A stretch of DNA of 64,000 bases from Ginglymostoma cirratum (taxonomy: Eukaryota): NCBI GenBank assembly GCA_024137785.1, contig JAHRHZ010000085.1, forward strand, positions 2,767,494 to 2,831,493, in the 5' to 3' direction. How positions within the stretch are numbered: the first letter of the stretch is position 1; every line of letters begins with the position of its first letter. Below, one piece after another: positions 52,465-64,000 of this stretch. The notes under the pieces are model-generated. The model had not been told where the DNA came from. It was given only the letters and a program-made list of their open reading frames with translations, and did not search any database. The translations under genes and the position numbers were made by a program.

Positions 52465-52776
52465 CTGCTGTGTGCACTTCGGACAATGTTACACCGAATG
52501 CTATGCTCATCAGGACCCTGCTACATTCAACAGCTATCATGTGATGTCCTTTCTCCTTCGAACTCAACCACTCAAACATAAATGTTTTTTGGTTCAGAGA
52601 AGATAAAAAGATGCTTCTCGAGGACGACAGCAGAACACTCTTTAATGTAAAGAGAGGTGGAGCCGACCTTCATCTCTTCAATGTGACTGTCCGGGACGCT
52701 GGAACATATTACTGTGCAGTCAAAAATCAGCATCAAACAGTTGATAACAAACCCGCTGCGCAACTTGATGTCTACG
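52465..52776 (+). pseudogene. Gene C V exon with single in-frame stop
   Basis: Acceptor ttttgttaacag|; ...STAIM*CPF...INVFWFRE...ADLHLFNVTVRDAGTYYCAVK...AAQLDVY; TGA at 52542-52544; donor G|GTTAGT. Confidence 0.88.
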
Positions 52777-53099
52777 GTTAGTGTAACCACAGTTAAACGT
52801 TAACGTTTGGCTCCAATGAACAGTGAATGCGAGTGAGCAATTATTTTCCGTAAATATATTCTGTGCATATAAAAGCGTTCACTTGTTTGGAACCTTGTGC
52901 TCAACAATGTGCAAACAAAACCCATCACAGTAAAATTACACAGTTCAGCAACTGCACTATATCAGCAAATGGCTTTTTAATTTATGGAGCGGTGAAAGCT
53001 AATGCAAAACTTTCAATGAGGCACTTCTTACAATGTGAGCATGGAGTAACGGAATGAATTGTCTCGAGGTTATTGGCAATATTAAGCATCTCTAAGGCT

Positions 53100-53326
53100 T
53101 TTGAGTAGATTTGTAGCTCTGGTTGTAGATGTTGTGGCTGGTTGGCTCGTCGAGTTGGTTCGTGGTTCCGCAAACGTTTCATTGCCCTGCTGGGAAACAT
53201 CATCACTGTTTTTCCGGGAAAGGACAACAGCGCTTCATTGGAGGCTGCACTGACGCTGTTATCCAGCAGGGCAATAAAACGTCTGCGGAACAACGAACCA
53301 GCTCGGAGAGCCAACCAACCACAATG
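53100..53326. mobile_element. Family-3 palindromic mini-element with decayed hammerhead motifs
   Basis: About 53130-53207 is inverted at about 53248-53326; motif remnants CTGACGC..AAAACGTC (+) and GTGATGA..GAAACGTT (-). Confidence 0.65.
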
Positions 53327-53487
53327 TTAAAAGTTTTAAATGTCATTTTATTTTCAACTTTGAAAAAACCAAATTCCTATTCCCTTCATTTAGACTGCGG
53401 CCGTCTCATTTTCTCTGATCCAGTTGCCAAACCACTGATTGGGAGGAGGGTGCAGTATGACAACGCAAACATATTTGTATTAATTAA

Positions 53488-53662
53488 GAGATAACACAGT
53501 GTGGAGCTGGAGGAACATAGCAAGCCAGGCATCATCAAAGGAGCAGGAAAGTTGATGTTTCGGTCGGGACTCACCCTTCCGAAAAAGGGTCTCCTTCTTT
53601 GTGTTCCTCCAGCTCCACGCTGTGTTATCTCTGACTCCAGAATCTGTAGTTCTTACTATCTC
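53488..53662. mobile_element. Older palindromic PLE mini-element in gene C intron
   Basis: TSD TTTGTATTAATTAA at 53474-53487 and 53663-53676. Confidence 0.8.
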
Positions 53663-53902
53663 TTTGTATTAATTAATATGCATACAAGGTAGTATCCAAT
53701 TTTGCTGAACGTACAGGTGATGTACAATTGCATTAGCAGGTCGCTACATGATAAAAGTAATAGCAACTCCTGGCACTATATATAATGACAATCATTGCAG
53801 CTGCCGTTTCCAGAAGTAACAGTTGGTTAGTTCATTAAATCGTTTAAGTTTTGGGATAGAAGCCCAATGTTCACATTTACGTGAATTTTATTTACAAAGC
53901 AG

Positions 53903-54208
53903 CTTCACCAGCTCCCCTGAGCATTGTATTGACAGGTTCCGAAGATCCTTCATCTGCTTCTTTCAAGCTGCAATGTAGAACATCTGGCTTTTATCCGGAA
54001 GACTACAACCTTACTTGGCACAGAAACAGTACACAAATCTTCACTGGATTTAGAAATGTAAAACAAGCAAAAGGCGAGGGACTTCATGAAGTGGCCAGCT
54101 CCTTGGACGTGCTAAATATGCCCGAAAGTGACACAGTCTACACGTGTCATGTGTATCATGTTTCGAGCTCATTTCCAGCAAATGCCAGCTACACCGTTAA
54201 GAAAGAAG
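53903..54208 (+). CDS. Gene C C1-set exon (open frame; gene probably a pseudogene)
   Basis: KLQCRTSGFYPEDYNLTW...GLHEVASSL...YTCHVYHVS; donor G|GTAAGATTCTC identical to the gene A C1 donor. Confidence 0.88.
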
Positions 54209-54814
54209 GTAAGATTCTCTGGCACGTTGTATGTTAATTTTTCAGACATCGTTTAAAAAGGTTGACGAAGTAGAAAGTGATTACTAAATTCAATCGCCTC
54301 CGATTATGTAAAACCCGAAATTTGACACGATTGTATAGTTAAAGGTTTCCTTTCTACAACTTATTCCGAAAGTGTATGGTGTATTGTCACGTCAGGTGCA
54401 CCAATTGTGGACATTCGTCATCGAGGGGTCCCATAGTTTAAATACATAATGTTGCAATTCACTGTGGAAGATGCGTTAAGTGTTAAAGTCAATAACTGTA
54501 AATCTTAGAGAGGGACAAAGAGCTGGTGAGGAGTATCATCAGGTTACACAGCACAGATGAGGCCCTTCGATCCATTGACTGCACTCTACCGATTTACTTT
54601 AATAACACTTTCTAGCAATTGGCCCATAACCTTGAATGTTATGCTATTTTAAGTGCTCGTCCACGTTCATTTCGTAAAAGGTTCCCATCTGGATTACCCT
54701 CCTGATACTCAACACCATCGGCGAAAAATTACTCCTCAGATTTCACTCGAAACCTCTTGCCTTTCCCTGCCGAAATTGTAACATCTCGTCATTCGCCTTC
54801 AACTGAAGTGAACA

Positions 54815-55045
54815 GAGATACCAGGAACTGCAGATGCTGAAAAATCTGAGAGAACAAGGTGTTGAGCTCAATGAATACAGCAGGCCAAGCAGCATCAGAG
54901 GAGCAGGAAAGCTGACGTTCCGGGCCTAGACCATTCTTCAGACCCCTTCTTCTTTCTGAAGAAGGGTCGAGGCCCGAAACGTCAGCTTTCCTGCTCTTCT
55001 GATGTTGCTTTGCCTGCTGTGTTCATCCTGCTCTACGCCTTGTTG
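54815..55045. mobile_element. Palindromic PLE mini-element with hammerhead motif
   Basis: Inverted arms; CTGAAGA-AGGGTCGAGGCCC-GAAACGTC at about 54956-54983. Confidence 0.8.
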
Positions 55046-58000
55046 ACGAAAAGGAACAGTTGCTTTTAATCCACCCTGTCCATTCCTTCATAATCGGAGA
55101 CACCTCACTCAGGGCTCTCCTCAACCGCCTCTGCTCCCAAGAAAACAATCCATATTTCTCCAAACGCTTCATAGCGAAAATGTTCCAAAGCAGACAGCAT
55201 CCTGGTAAATCTATTCTTATCCCACCCCAGTGCAATCAAATCGATCCGTATTGTTAGGCTGAAAGTATCTGACAGATTATTTTAAAGTCTGATTGAAATG
55301 ATTACAAGAAGATGTGCACTCATCATATCGCTAACTTGTTTAGTTAATACATCACACATATATGAATTAATCATCGCCATGTTAAATTACAGATATGTAT
55401 GAACGTGAAATGGTTCAGTTAAACTACTCAGAAATCTATTTTTAACAGCAATTTTCACACTGCCTTTTGGATCGCGTGAGACTTTGGCGGTTGGCAGCGT
55501 TTGGAGCTCTGTCCCAGATTCCACGGTGCCCGTCTCTCACGAACTCCAGCCCAATGGTGAAAGTTCAATGACTGGGGTAAAGTCCCTGATATTAATATTG
55601 TTTTTAATCTACCGTTACACGCCATATCACCACTTCCAGTACTTTCCCACGTTTTCAGCTGTGCAGAATAGAAGCTGAAAATATCTTCCAGGCGATTCCT
55701 TTTTAGTCGCACATTGTTGTTTCCCACCCAGCCAGGGTCATGCAGTTATCTCTCAACCAAAGAAGGCCGTTTTTACGCTCAACCTGTTATTTTGCACTTG
55801 TCTTCAATTGCTGATTTTCATATCTAATTAACCATTAATGATTAACCCTGAATGGTCTGGTTTGGAGATTTTTTTTAGCCCACACTACATACCACTCTTT
55901 GATATTTTCAAAATAGATTATCAAAATCTCATTCAAGCGCGTACATACTGCTCAATAGCTTCAAGCTGGTTATACATGCGATGTAGTTTACAGATCATTA
56001 CACAGGGACAAAGAAATGAAAAAAAAAAACAATTGACAGTAATATAACAAGGGTGATACCATAAGAGTATTGCTAAAGCTTTTGGTGACTGCCGCTGAAA
56101 TATGACCCTCAAATGCTTCATAGTAAAGGTTCCGGAGTTGTCTACTTTGCGAATGAATTGACCATGTCTGTAAGTCATGGCTGTAAAAACCATGGTGTAC
56201 TGCTGCCAAGTGAGAACTAATCTGCAGGACAGCCTGTTGTTTCTTCAAGATCACATGTTTCTCAAAGATACCCGACTCAATCGGTTGGTGAAGGGATACA
56301 CAGTTACAGCTTCCTATTGTTTGATAATGTGTCTTTATTTCTAATTTCATCATAGATAACATACATTTTGTCCCTAAATAGGTTGGCGGATGGTTCCTCT
56401 CTTTTATCATTAAATTTTCGAATACAATGTGAGTGCTGATTGCACGCTTGCGGTTCAGGTCAGTTTCATGGATGATTGTATCATTGAGTGGTAACTTCCT
56501 GTGCGAATACCCCTGCTTCGATGCAACAAAAAAAATGGTTGAAAGGTAGGGGGATATAAAGGGCATCCTAGGCGTTCTGGGGCTTTGTTCCTATAAGGTC
56601 TAATTGCTTTTATTCAGCTATTTGTCTTAAAATAAGCGTATCCCCAAAAGATAGGTCGGGTGCTGAACGGGAGCCACAATTACTGCTGTGTGCTATTTAA
56701 AATCACAAAAGTAGCATTAGATGCTCTGGCATTGCAATTACTCTTTAACAAACTAGGCATAAGCATTAATTTAGTAATGGTGAGTTGAAAAAATCTTTCC
56801 AAGACAGCAGGTGTACGGATAGCAATACTTTGGTTACTTGAAGTCACTGTGAGAAAACTATACAGTTCGAGCAGGTTCCAATGTATTCAGTTAGCTTCTG
56901 CACGAAGATTCGTCTGGGTGTGATACATTTCCAAAACAGCATTTTCATCAAACGTCCATACCATGTCGGTCAAAAACCAATTTGCTAAATCTCGATGGAC
57001 TAATTATTTGGTCAACGCAACGAATAGTTTAATAGGTTCCTTGGTTATTTGCCCAGCTTTAGCAATTTTATGTTTGGAGCCTCAACACCCATGGAAGTTA
57101 ACAGACCTATTCCTGCTTCTGCTCAACCTAGAACAGTGAAGAGTACATCCCTCCTGCCTTGCCTCTGTAATGTCAATGGTGTGTTTACAGAGCAGCAATG
57201 GGAAGGTAATTTATTTCCATTGGTTATTTCCACTGTCAAAATTAAAACAATATTCGATTTGAACACAAGAGTACAGACGTCATACTACTCCTGGAAATGG
57301 GGTAATTGAATTGTATTTAATGGACCTGGACTTTTGGCCCATCATAATATACCCCAAGACGGTTTACACCCCTTTATCTCCCTAGCATTTTGACAGAGCA
57401 GCTAATCATCCCGCATATGAGCCACTGCCAGGCAACATCTCTCTTCGGCGCTGTGACCCAATGTTATAGTAAGAAACCAGTTCTGTGGTGAGATGTAATT
57501 AGGTTCAGTGAGGGACATGCCTTCTTCAATAATCTAACATCGCCACAAAGCTTTGGGCCATTTGTTTAGCGGTCCGGGCCTGCACTTCACTGATTTGATT
57601 TCTCACTTAGTCGGGAATCGCACACTCTCCTCTGCCCATTGTATTCTCAGCAAAATAACACACCGGCTTGGTGCCTGGATTTTCTTAAGCTTAATTTCTC
57701 CGCCTATATTCTTGAGATGCTGAATCAAAGTAGCTACGTCTTTGGCTATTGCTTCCACTGAAGGGCCATGTGGCAATATATCATCAATATGAAGTGCTGT
57801 CATATCGCTGGAGAGACAGAACATCTCCAGATCCTGGTAATTAAACCATGGCAGAGATTTGGAATGTGCAAGTAGCCCTGCGTAATTTACAAACTGAGTG
57901 TTCTCCGCCCTCCCGTGTGAAAGCAAACTGGTTCTGTGAACTCTCATCAAGGAAATGTAAGTGTTCAGTAGGTTGATTCCGGCAAACCATTCATCAGTTC

Positions 58001-58689
58001 CCAATGACAGTTGCTCCGGGAATGTTACAATATCTGGCAAAGCCAATGCCAACGCTGGGGCGTGTTGGTTTCACCATCAGTCATTGACCATCATTCTCCA
58101 GTTACCACCTGGTTTCTGTACTGACCACACAAGGCAGTTATACGGGAAGACACTAGGTCTTCATCGAACCCTTGCTGTCACTGACCCTTCAGTCGTGTCT
58201 GCGATCTCCTTGTGCCCTCAATACTGCTTACCGTTAACAATTCGCGAAGGGAATGAAATGTATGAGGGTTTCCACTTAGTTTTCCCAACCACGACATTTA
58301 TCCTTAATACACCAAAACAAGACGTTCCTGTTGGAGTCCATATTCCCATTCCCCCGACTACAATCGCACCAGAGTCTGCACCGCCGGTCTTTCTGCTCTC
58401 TCAAGTTTATTAAAAGTCATTTTAGTTCCCGCATGTGTGGACCATATCAAGCCAGGCCACAATGTGTTGTTTATTTCCATTTCTCCAATGAATTGTGATA
58501 GGGATGTGTGATCTCTGTACCCCTGAGTCGACTCCCCATTTTGGTGAGATCTCAGTGTCCCAGCCACCTTCCCAGCGTAGGGGATTACTCACTCTCCACA
58601 TCTGCTCGCGTTCCTCTCATGTTGGGTACAGAAGGAACTCTGATGTATTCTTTTAATTTCTTTTTCTGAGAATTAGCATCTAAATCAGA

Positions 58690-58970
58690 GATAACAAGCA
58701 TGGGGCTGGATGAACACAACAGGTCAAGCAGCATCATCGGAGCAGGAAAACTTGACGTTTCGGGCCTAGACCCTTCATCAGAAATGGGGGAGGGGAAGAA
58801 GGTTCTGAAATAAATAGGGAGAGAGGGGGAGGCGGATCGAGTATGGATAGAGGAGAGGACAGGTGGAGAGGAGGCAGACAAGTCGAAGAGGCGGGTATGG
58901 AGCCAGTAAAGGTGAGTGTAGGTAGGGGGGTAGGGAGGAGATAGGTCAGTCCAGTAAAGGTGAGTGTCGG
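58690..58970 (-). mobile_element. Truncated PLE 3' end with intact hammerhead motif, nested in the ERV
   Basis: TSD TAAATCAGA at 58681-58689 and 58971-58979; minus-strand ATTTCTGATGAAGGGTCTAGGCCCGAAACGTCAAGT at about 58750-58785. Confidence 0.85.
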
Positions 58971-60821
58971 TAAATCAGAATTGCTGTCTCACACCATGGG
59001 AGGTGTCGATGTCCCTTTTGGTCCCTTACTGGATTTACAAATCTTCCAGAGGGAACATATAACATTAGTGGTGCTACCATGCATTTTCTTCTATTTCAGA
59101 CCTGTCTGTGACTGTTTTCCATAAAACAGTAAATATCTCATTTTGCTGATTTTCCTCATTCGCTTCCCGTCCTTTCCTGGGTTTCCCTTGTTCCTGCTCT
59201 CCTGCACGAGCTTGGCGCACTTCCGCATCCACTAACTGCCCAAACAACATGACAACTTCACCGACTGGTCTGCCCTGAGCAGGCCCCTACATTGCCAGCA
59301 GCGTCCCTCTGAGATGAGTTGCATGATCTGGATTCTCATTCCGGTTGTGAAAGCTTCCTGGTCCAGTCACTGCAAATCGTTTGTATACTGTCCTGTTGGT
59401 GTAGCCAACTGTCTCAATCAGGCACTTCCCTGTGATATTGTACGCCACGGGACAGCTTCCTGCTGCCAATCCATGGTGTTCAGGTAATTAGTACTCACTG
59501 CTACTCGTGTACATGCAGTTAATGTTCCAGGTCTATCGGCCCACATAGAGCATTATATGTGGCTTCATCTGAAAGCAAGTCTCCAAAATTCTGGCGTTCC
59601 TCATTATTGAGAGAAACATTAGACACCCACGGAGCCCCACAGCGGGTTCATCCAAGCTCCCAGCGCCCTGCTTTCTGACGGAATATTTTTTCCCCAAATC
59701 CTGCAATTCTGTCCGTGGATAATCCCGCACAATGCGAGCATGATGTCGGGCCAGCTGGCCGTGCCCCTTAGCTGTATTAGTTACTGACGGGCGCGCTAAG
59801 GGGTACATTATCACCATGAGGGACTCGTTCCCAATCAGTCCCCTCGTTCTCCGAATCGGACGAATATCACTTCCAGTGATCGGGGACCCGATCAGTTGAG
59901 GCGAATAAAAACGGCACTTTAGCTGGATTCACTTTCCAGTTTGTTTTTTTTTTTCCGGCTCGCCCACTTTTTGTCCTGGACTGTGGCCAATTTGCAGGCT
60001 GTACTCGTCTGCCTCTACTCAGCTTTATCTGTTCTTTCCTGAGCTGTCCGAGCCGCCCTCGCCAGCGCAGCGGTCAATGTCCCCTTCGCCTCCTTTAAAT
60101 CTCGCACCTCCCGGGGCAGCATACGGGAGTCCGCTCAGTCGGATCCACCCCATGTGGGTGACGCCCTTGGTTTGCTTTGGGAAGCCTACTTCCCCAGGCA
60201 GCCCTTCGTGGCACAGTGTAATCCCTTGGGATTCTGCTCTAAATTCGTTTCCCAGCTACAACCAACCTAACACATTGGATTAATCACGAAATGACCATCC
60301 CAGGGCACCGAATGTTTCCACAGGCAAAGTATCCACTTCTTGAAGATTTTGCTCAGATGCTGCTCGTAACGCCCAATGTCTTGTTGGGCTGAAAGTCCCG
60401 AACTGGTTCTCGTCGGTCTGATCAAAATGATGACAAGAAAATGCGTGTACTTCAGTATCTCGCTAATAATAGGGTTGAAATATTTCACACACAGATAAAT
60501 TAGTAAAGTGAGTTCATACGATACATATTTCGATATGGAAATGAAAGCTTAATCGTGAGGTGAAACGACTGAGATGGACATTAACGATGTGAGTTTCACA
60601 CTGCCTCTCTGCTCCTTGGGGACTTTGGTGATGACGGTACTTGGAGCGCTATCTCCGGTTCCACGGCACTTGGCTCACGCCCAACAGTGAAAGTTCAATG
60701 AATGGGGCTAAGTTCCCCCGACGTTAATATTATTCTGAATTTAATGATACACACTGTTTTACTATTTCGTCATGCTTTTCGTGGTTTTCCCGGCATCCCG
60801 CTGTGCAAAAACAAGGAATGA

Positions 60822-61035
60822 TATGGAGGTGCCAGTGTTGGAGTGGGGTGGAGACGAAGTAAGAAGTCACACAGACCACGATATCTTCCAACAGATTCAT
60901 TTGAAATCACAAGCTTTCGAAGCGCTGCTCTTTGGTCAGGTCCTCTTCACCTCATGAAGGTGCAGCTGTTGGAAAGCTTGTGATTCCAAAACAAAACGTG
61001 TTGAACTGTAACCTCGAGTCCTGTGACTTCGAACA
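60822..61035. mobile_element. Family-4 palindromic mini-element with decayed hammerhead motifs, inserted in ERV 5' LTR
   Basis: AATCACAAGCTTTCGAAGCGCTGCTC / GGTGCAGCTGTTGGAAAGCTTGTGATT inverted pair. Confidence 0.6.
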
Positions 61036-61159
61036 AAAAACAAAAACACTTCCAATGTGGCTCCTTTTGAAATGCACAATATTGTTTCCCTCCAAGCCAA
61101 AAGAAGCTGTAATGCTATATGACAGTTAATATTGGCAGAATTATTTCCAAAAGGATCTG

Positions 61160-61700
61160 GTCATACAGTCATAGATATGTACAGCACAGAAACCGACCTT
61201 TCATTTTAACTCGTCCATGCTGACCAGACATCCTAAATTAACTTAGTCCCATGCGCCAGCATTTGGCACATATCTCTCCAAACCATTCCGATTCATATAC
61301 GCATCAAGATGCCTTTTAAATTTTGTAATTGTCCCAGCCTGCACCACATCTTCTGGCAGTTCATTCCATCCATGCACTGCCCTCTGCATGAAGAAAGTTA
61401 CCCCTCAGGTCCATTTTAAATCGTTCCCCTCTTACATTAAACCAATGCCCTAAAGCTTAGGACTCTCCCACACTGGGGAAAGTACCTTGACTGTTCACCC
61501 TATCCACAGCGCTCATGGTTTTACAAACGTCTAGAAGGTCACCCCTCAGCCTCTGCAGTTCCAGAGAGAATAGCCCCAGCCTATTCAGCCTCTCTCTGTA
61601 GCTCAAACTGTCCAATCCTGGCAGTATTCTTGGATATCTTTTCCAAATGTTTTAAAGTTTTACAACATCTTTCCAAGAGCACTGAGACCAGTGTTTTTTT
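61160..61700 (-). mobile_element. CR1-type LINE 3' end
   Basis: Reverse complement of the same 3' end as 26400-26860. Confidence 0.7.
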
Positions 61701-62224
61701 ATGACACATACCATTCCAGGTTTTTATTGAATTCAAATTTCAGTATCTGCCCTGATGGCATTAAAATCCACATGCCAAGAGCATGCAGTTCTCTCTTGTT
61801 AGTCCAGTGAAGTACAAGTGTGCAATTACCTCCCCTCAACAGTTAGATCAGTTGCACATGGAGAAAGATTTTCTTTGAAAAGGTGTCAATTAATTTGTGT
61901 TCCAAAGTGAATCTCAGAGAACGTCATCCCTTTATAACTGTTATCCAATCTGAACTGTTTTTGCTTGCATATTGCCGGTGTCAGACATATTACTTATTTT
62001 CATTGCTTCATCTGCTTTTATTTCTCCAAATTCTTATGATTTGCCCTCTTTGTCTCCAACTGCATAAAGGAAAGCTGAGGGGAGAAGTTGACATGTGAAA
62101 TTTCATGTACAGTAGTAGAATATTAACAAGGCAGTTTAATGGGAAACAAAGCATGTGATATTTAAATTTGTATGTTTTGATTTCCAATATAATTTCTAAT
62201 TTTAGTGCTGTGTTCATCTAACAG

Positions 62225-62338
62225 ATTTTGCCTCTAAACTTAGTATTCCTGTTGTCGCTGGATGTGCCGCTGGAGCACTTGCAATTCTATTGTGCACAGC
62301 GACGATTGTGAAGTGTCGTCTCTTCATTATATCTAAAG
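62225..62338 (+). CDS. Gene C transmembrane exon
   Basis: Acceptor ctaacag|; DFASKLSIPVVAGCAAGALAILLCTATIVKCRLFIISK; phase 1-1; shares VAGCA-(x)-AG with the gene A TM; donor G|GTATGA. Confidence 0.82.
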
Positions 62339-64000
62339 GTATGAACAATGACAGACATTCTAAATGAAATAACTTGCATACAAACATTGATTAAACAACC
62401 TGAAGTGCATTCACACATTTGGGTAATGAAATCTGACTTGTTCAGTTAAATTGAATATATCATGTAAAAGTATTTGCAAACATTTGTGTCACTTCAACAC
62501 TTGCATTACATGTTCAGATTCAGAGCTTTAGTATGCTAAAGCCTATCTTTTCAGATCTGAAGTTAGTCCAGTGAATTTCACTGATGAAGTAATATTTTCA
62601 CTGCTTCAACACAAACTAAGTAATTGTAATTGTGTTCAACATTTTGAGATACAACCTGAATCCAGTTAAGCTCTGATACATTTTGTCTATGTGAATGGCA
62701 TGGTATTTTGCCATCAGACTGATGAAGGCAAACATCACACCTTTCTTGACAATTATTGCCAAATTTATTGTTACTAGGTTCAAAGGGAGAAACAAGAAAT
62801 CCTACTAAACACAAAGGTGAGGTAATGCCTTTAGCCATCGACTTTGCTTCAAAATTTATCTGAATGATTCAGAGACTGCAATCAAAAAAATCTCCTCTGT
62901 AAAACCATGTAAAAATCTATCTGGATGGAGTCAAAAAGTTTTATTATCATGACAAACGTGCAAATTAGTCTTTAATATGAAATAAACATATAGAAACAAA
63001 TGATTGGAAGTGTTATACACTTATAACTATCATATTCATCATGAATAAATCCATCATTGTACAGTCATTCATGTTTCAAGGTTCTCTTACAACATTGTTA
63101 ATTATCTTTTGTCACATGTTGGTGGATGAACATAGTTATCTAGTCTGGTCCTCAACAGAACTGCTCCAGAAAAGTATCCCTAACACACTCTGAAAGTCAT
63201 CCTTCACAGCTTTAGCGCACGTTAGTATGTCTTGATTGAATCCAGCCATGATTTTGCAAAATCCATATACTGCACTTCACTGATCTCTTTATTTGGCCTA
63301 TGCCTCACATTACTACTGGAGTTTGTGGCTTATAAGCTTCTGCCAATGTTTCCTCCTGTTTGCTGTTGCTTCACTCCATGATAGAAGATTCTTCATTTTA
63401 TTATTCTGATCTGTGATCCTAAGATACAGATTTCATCATTTACTATAAATGTAACAGTAACATATCTTCTATTCCTTTTTCTGCCCTAAATATCATTGGA
63501 TGATCGGTTTTCCTGATCATCCTGCACTAATTTTTTGTAAAATTAATTACATCAAAGCAATTCATTTCTATTTATTGACTTTAAATCATTTACCTTGTTG
63601 TCAGTGTTACACGCTTTGAGTAGACTGCCCTTGAAATTGTGTTATTTCTTGTGATTTCCAGCTTTGCTAATACTTACCTTCATTTCCCCTGGTCTTGTTA
63701 GGTTGTCACTTCATATTTCAATGAATCAGGTGCAGAGGTGCAGATCGCAAGCGAATGAAGAATTGCCAATGTTAAAGCAATATTGCACAAATAGTCTGAG
63801 AGCATATGTGTAAAACAAAGTTGATATTTTGTGTTTTGTTCTATGAATGAAAGGAACAACAATGGTTAACTGTTAAATTATTTCACTGCTCTATATATGA
63901 CCAGGTTCCCAATTGATCTGTTGCCTCATCTTTCTACCTGACCAAAAAAATCTTCAAATAGAAATTAACAATTTGCTGGAAAATACTATGAGTCATTTTG

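Larger units (their letters stand above)
55290..61110 (-). mobile_element. Decayed endogenous retrovirus, class III / ERV-L-like, antisense in gene C intron 3
   Basis: RT remnants LVWSVQKPGGNWRMMV..ALALPDIVTFPEQL..WFAGINL..HIDDIL..GPS..GGEIKLKKIQAPS..LRIQW (57603-58140); diverged direct repeats at about 55290-55750 and 60420-61110. Confidence 0.78.

Noticed and set aside
60400-60425. tRNA primer-binding site of the ERV
   Set aside because: Only a partial resemblance to a tRNA-Trp PBS and the LTR edge is ill-defined.
62515-62590. Cytoplasmic exon of gene C
   Set aside because: Candidate acceptors give early stops in phase 1; no convincing exon could be assigned.

Overview
Eukaryotic (vertebrate) genomic DNA, very probably from a shark: HE1-like tRNA-derived SINEs, many CR1 fragments and Penelope-like elements (inference from repeat content, no database check). 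The window holds a cluster of three non-rearranging immunoglobulin-superfamily receptor genes with leader / germline-joined VJ / C1 / TM / cytoplasmic exons. Gene A (+, 5495-22284) can be spliced by hand into an intact 336-aa protein with an ITIM-ITSM-ITIM tail resembling SIRPalpha. Gene B (-, about 40.5-46.8 kb) is a multiply disabled pseudogene. Gene C (+, 52.5 to >62.3 kb) has one stop in its V exon. Introns and spacers contain Penelope-like retroelements (RT + GIY-YIG), including a 3.2-kb inverted double insertion. They also contain many 100-300 bp, mostly palindromic, TSD-flanked mini-elements carrying minimal type I hammerhead ribozyme motifs of about four families. Also present: a decayed class III (ERV-L-like) provirus, a solo LTR, a fold-back repeat, two tandem arrays and a 10-N assembly gap. 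Exon coordinates were read by hand; repeat boundaries are approximate.
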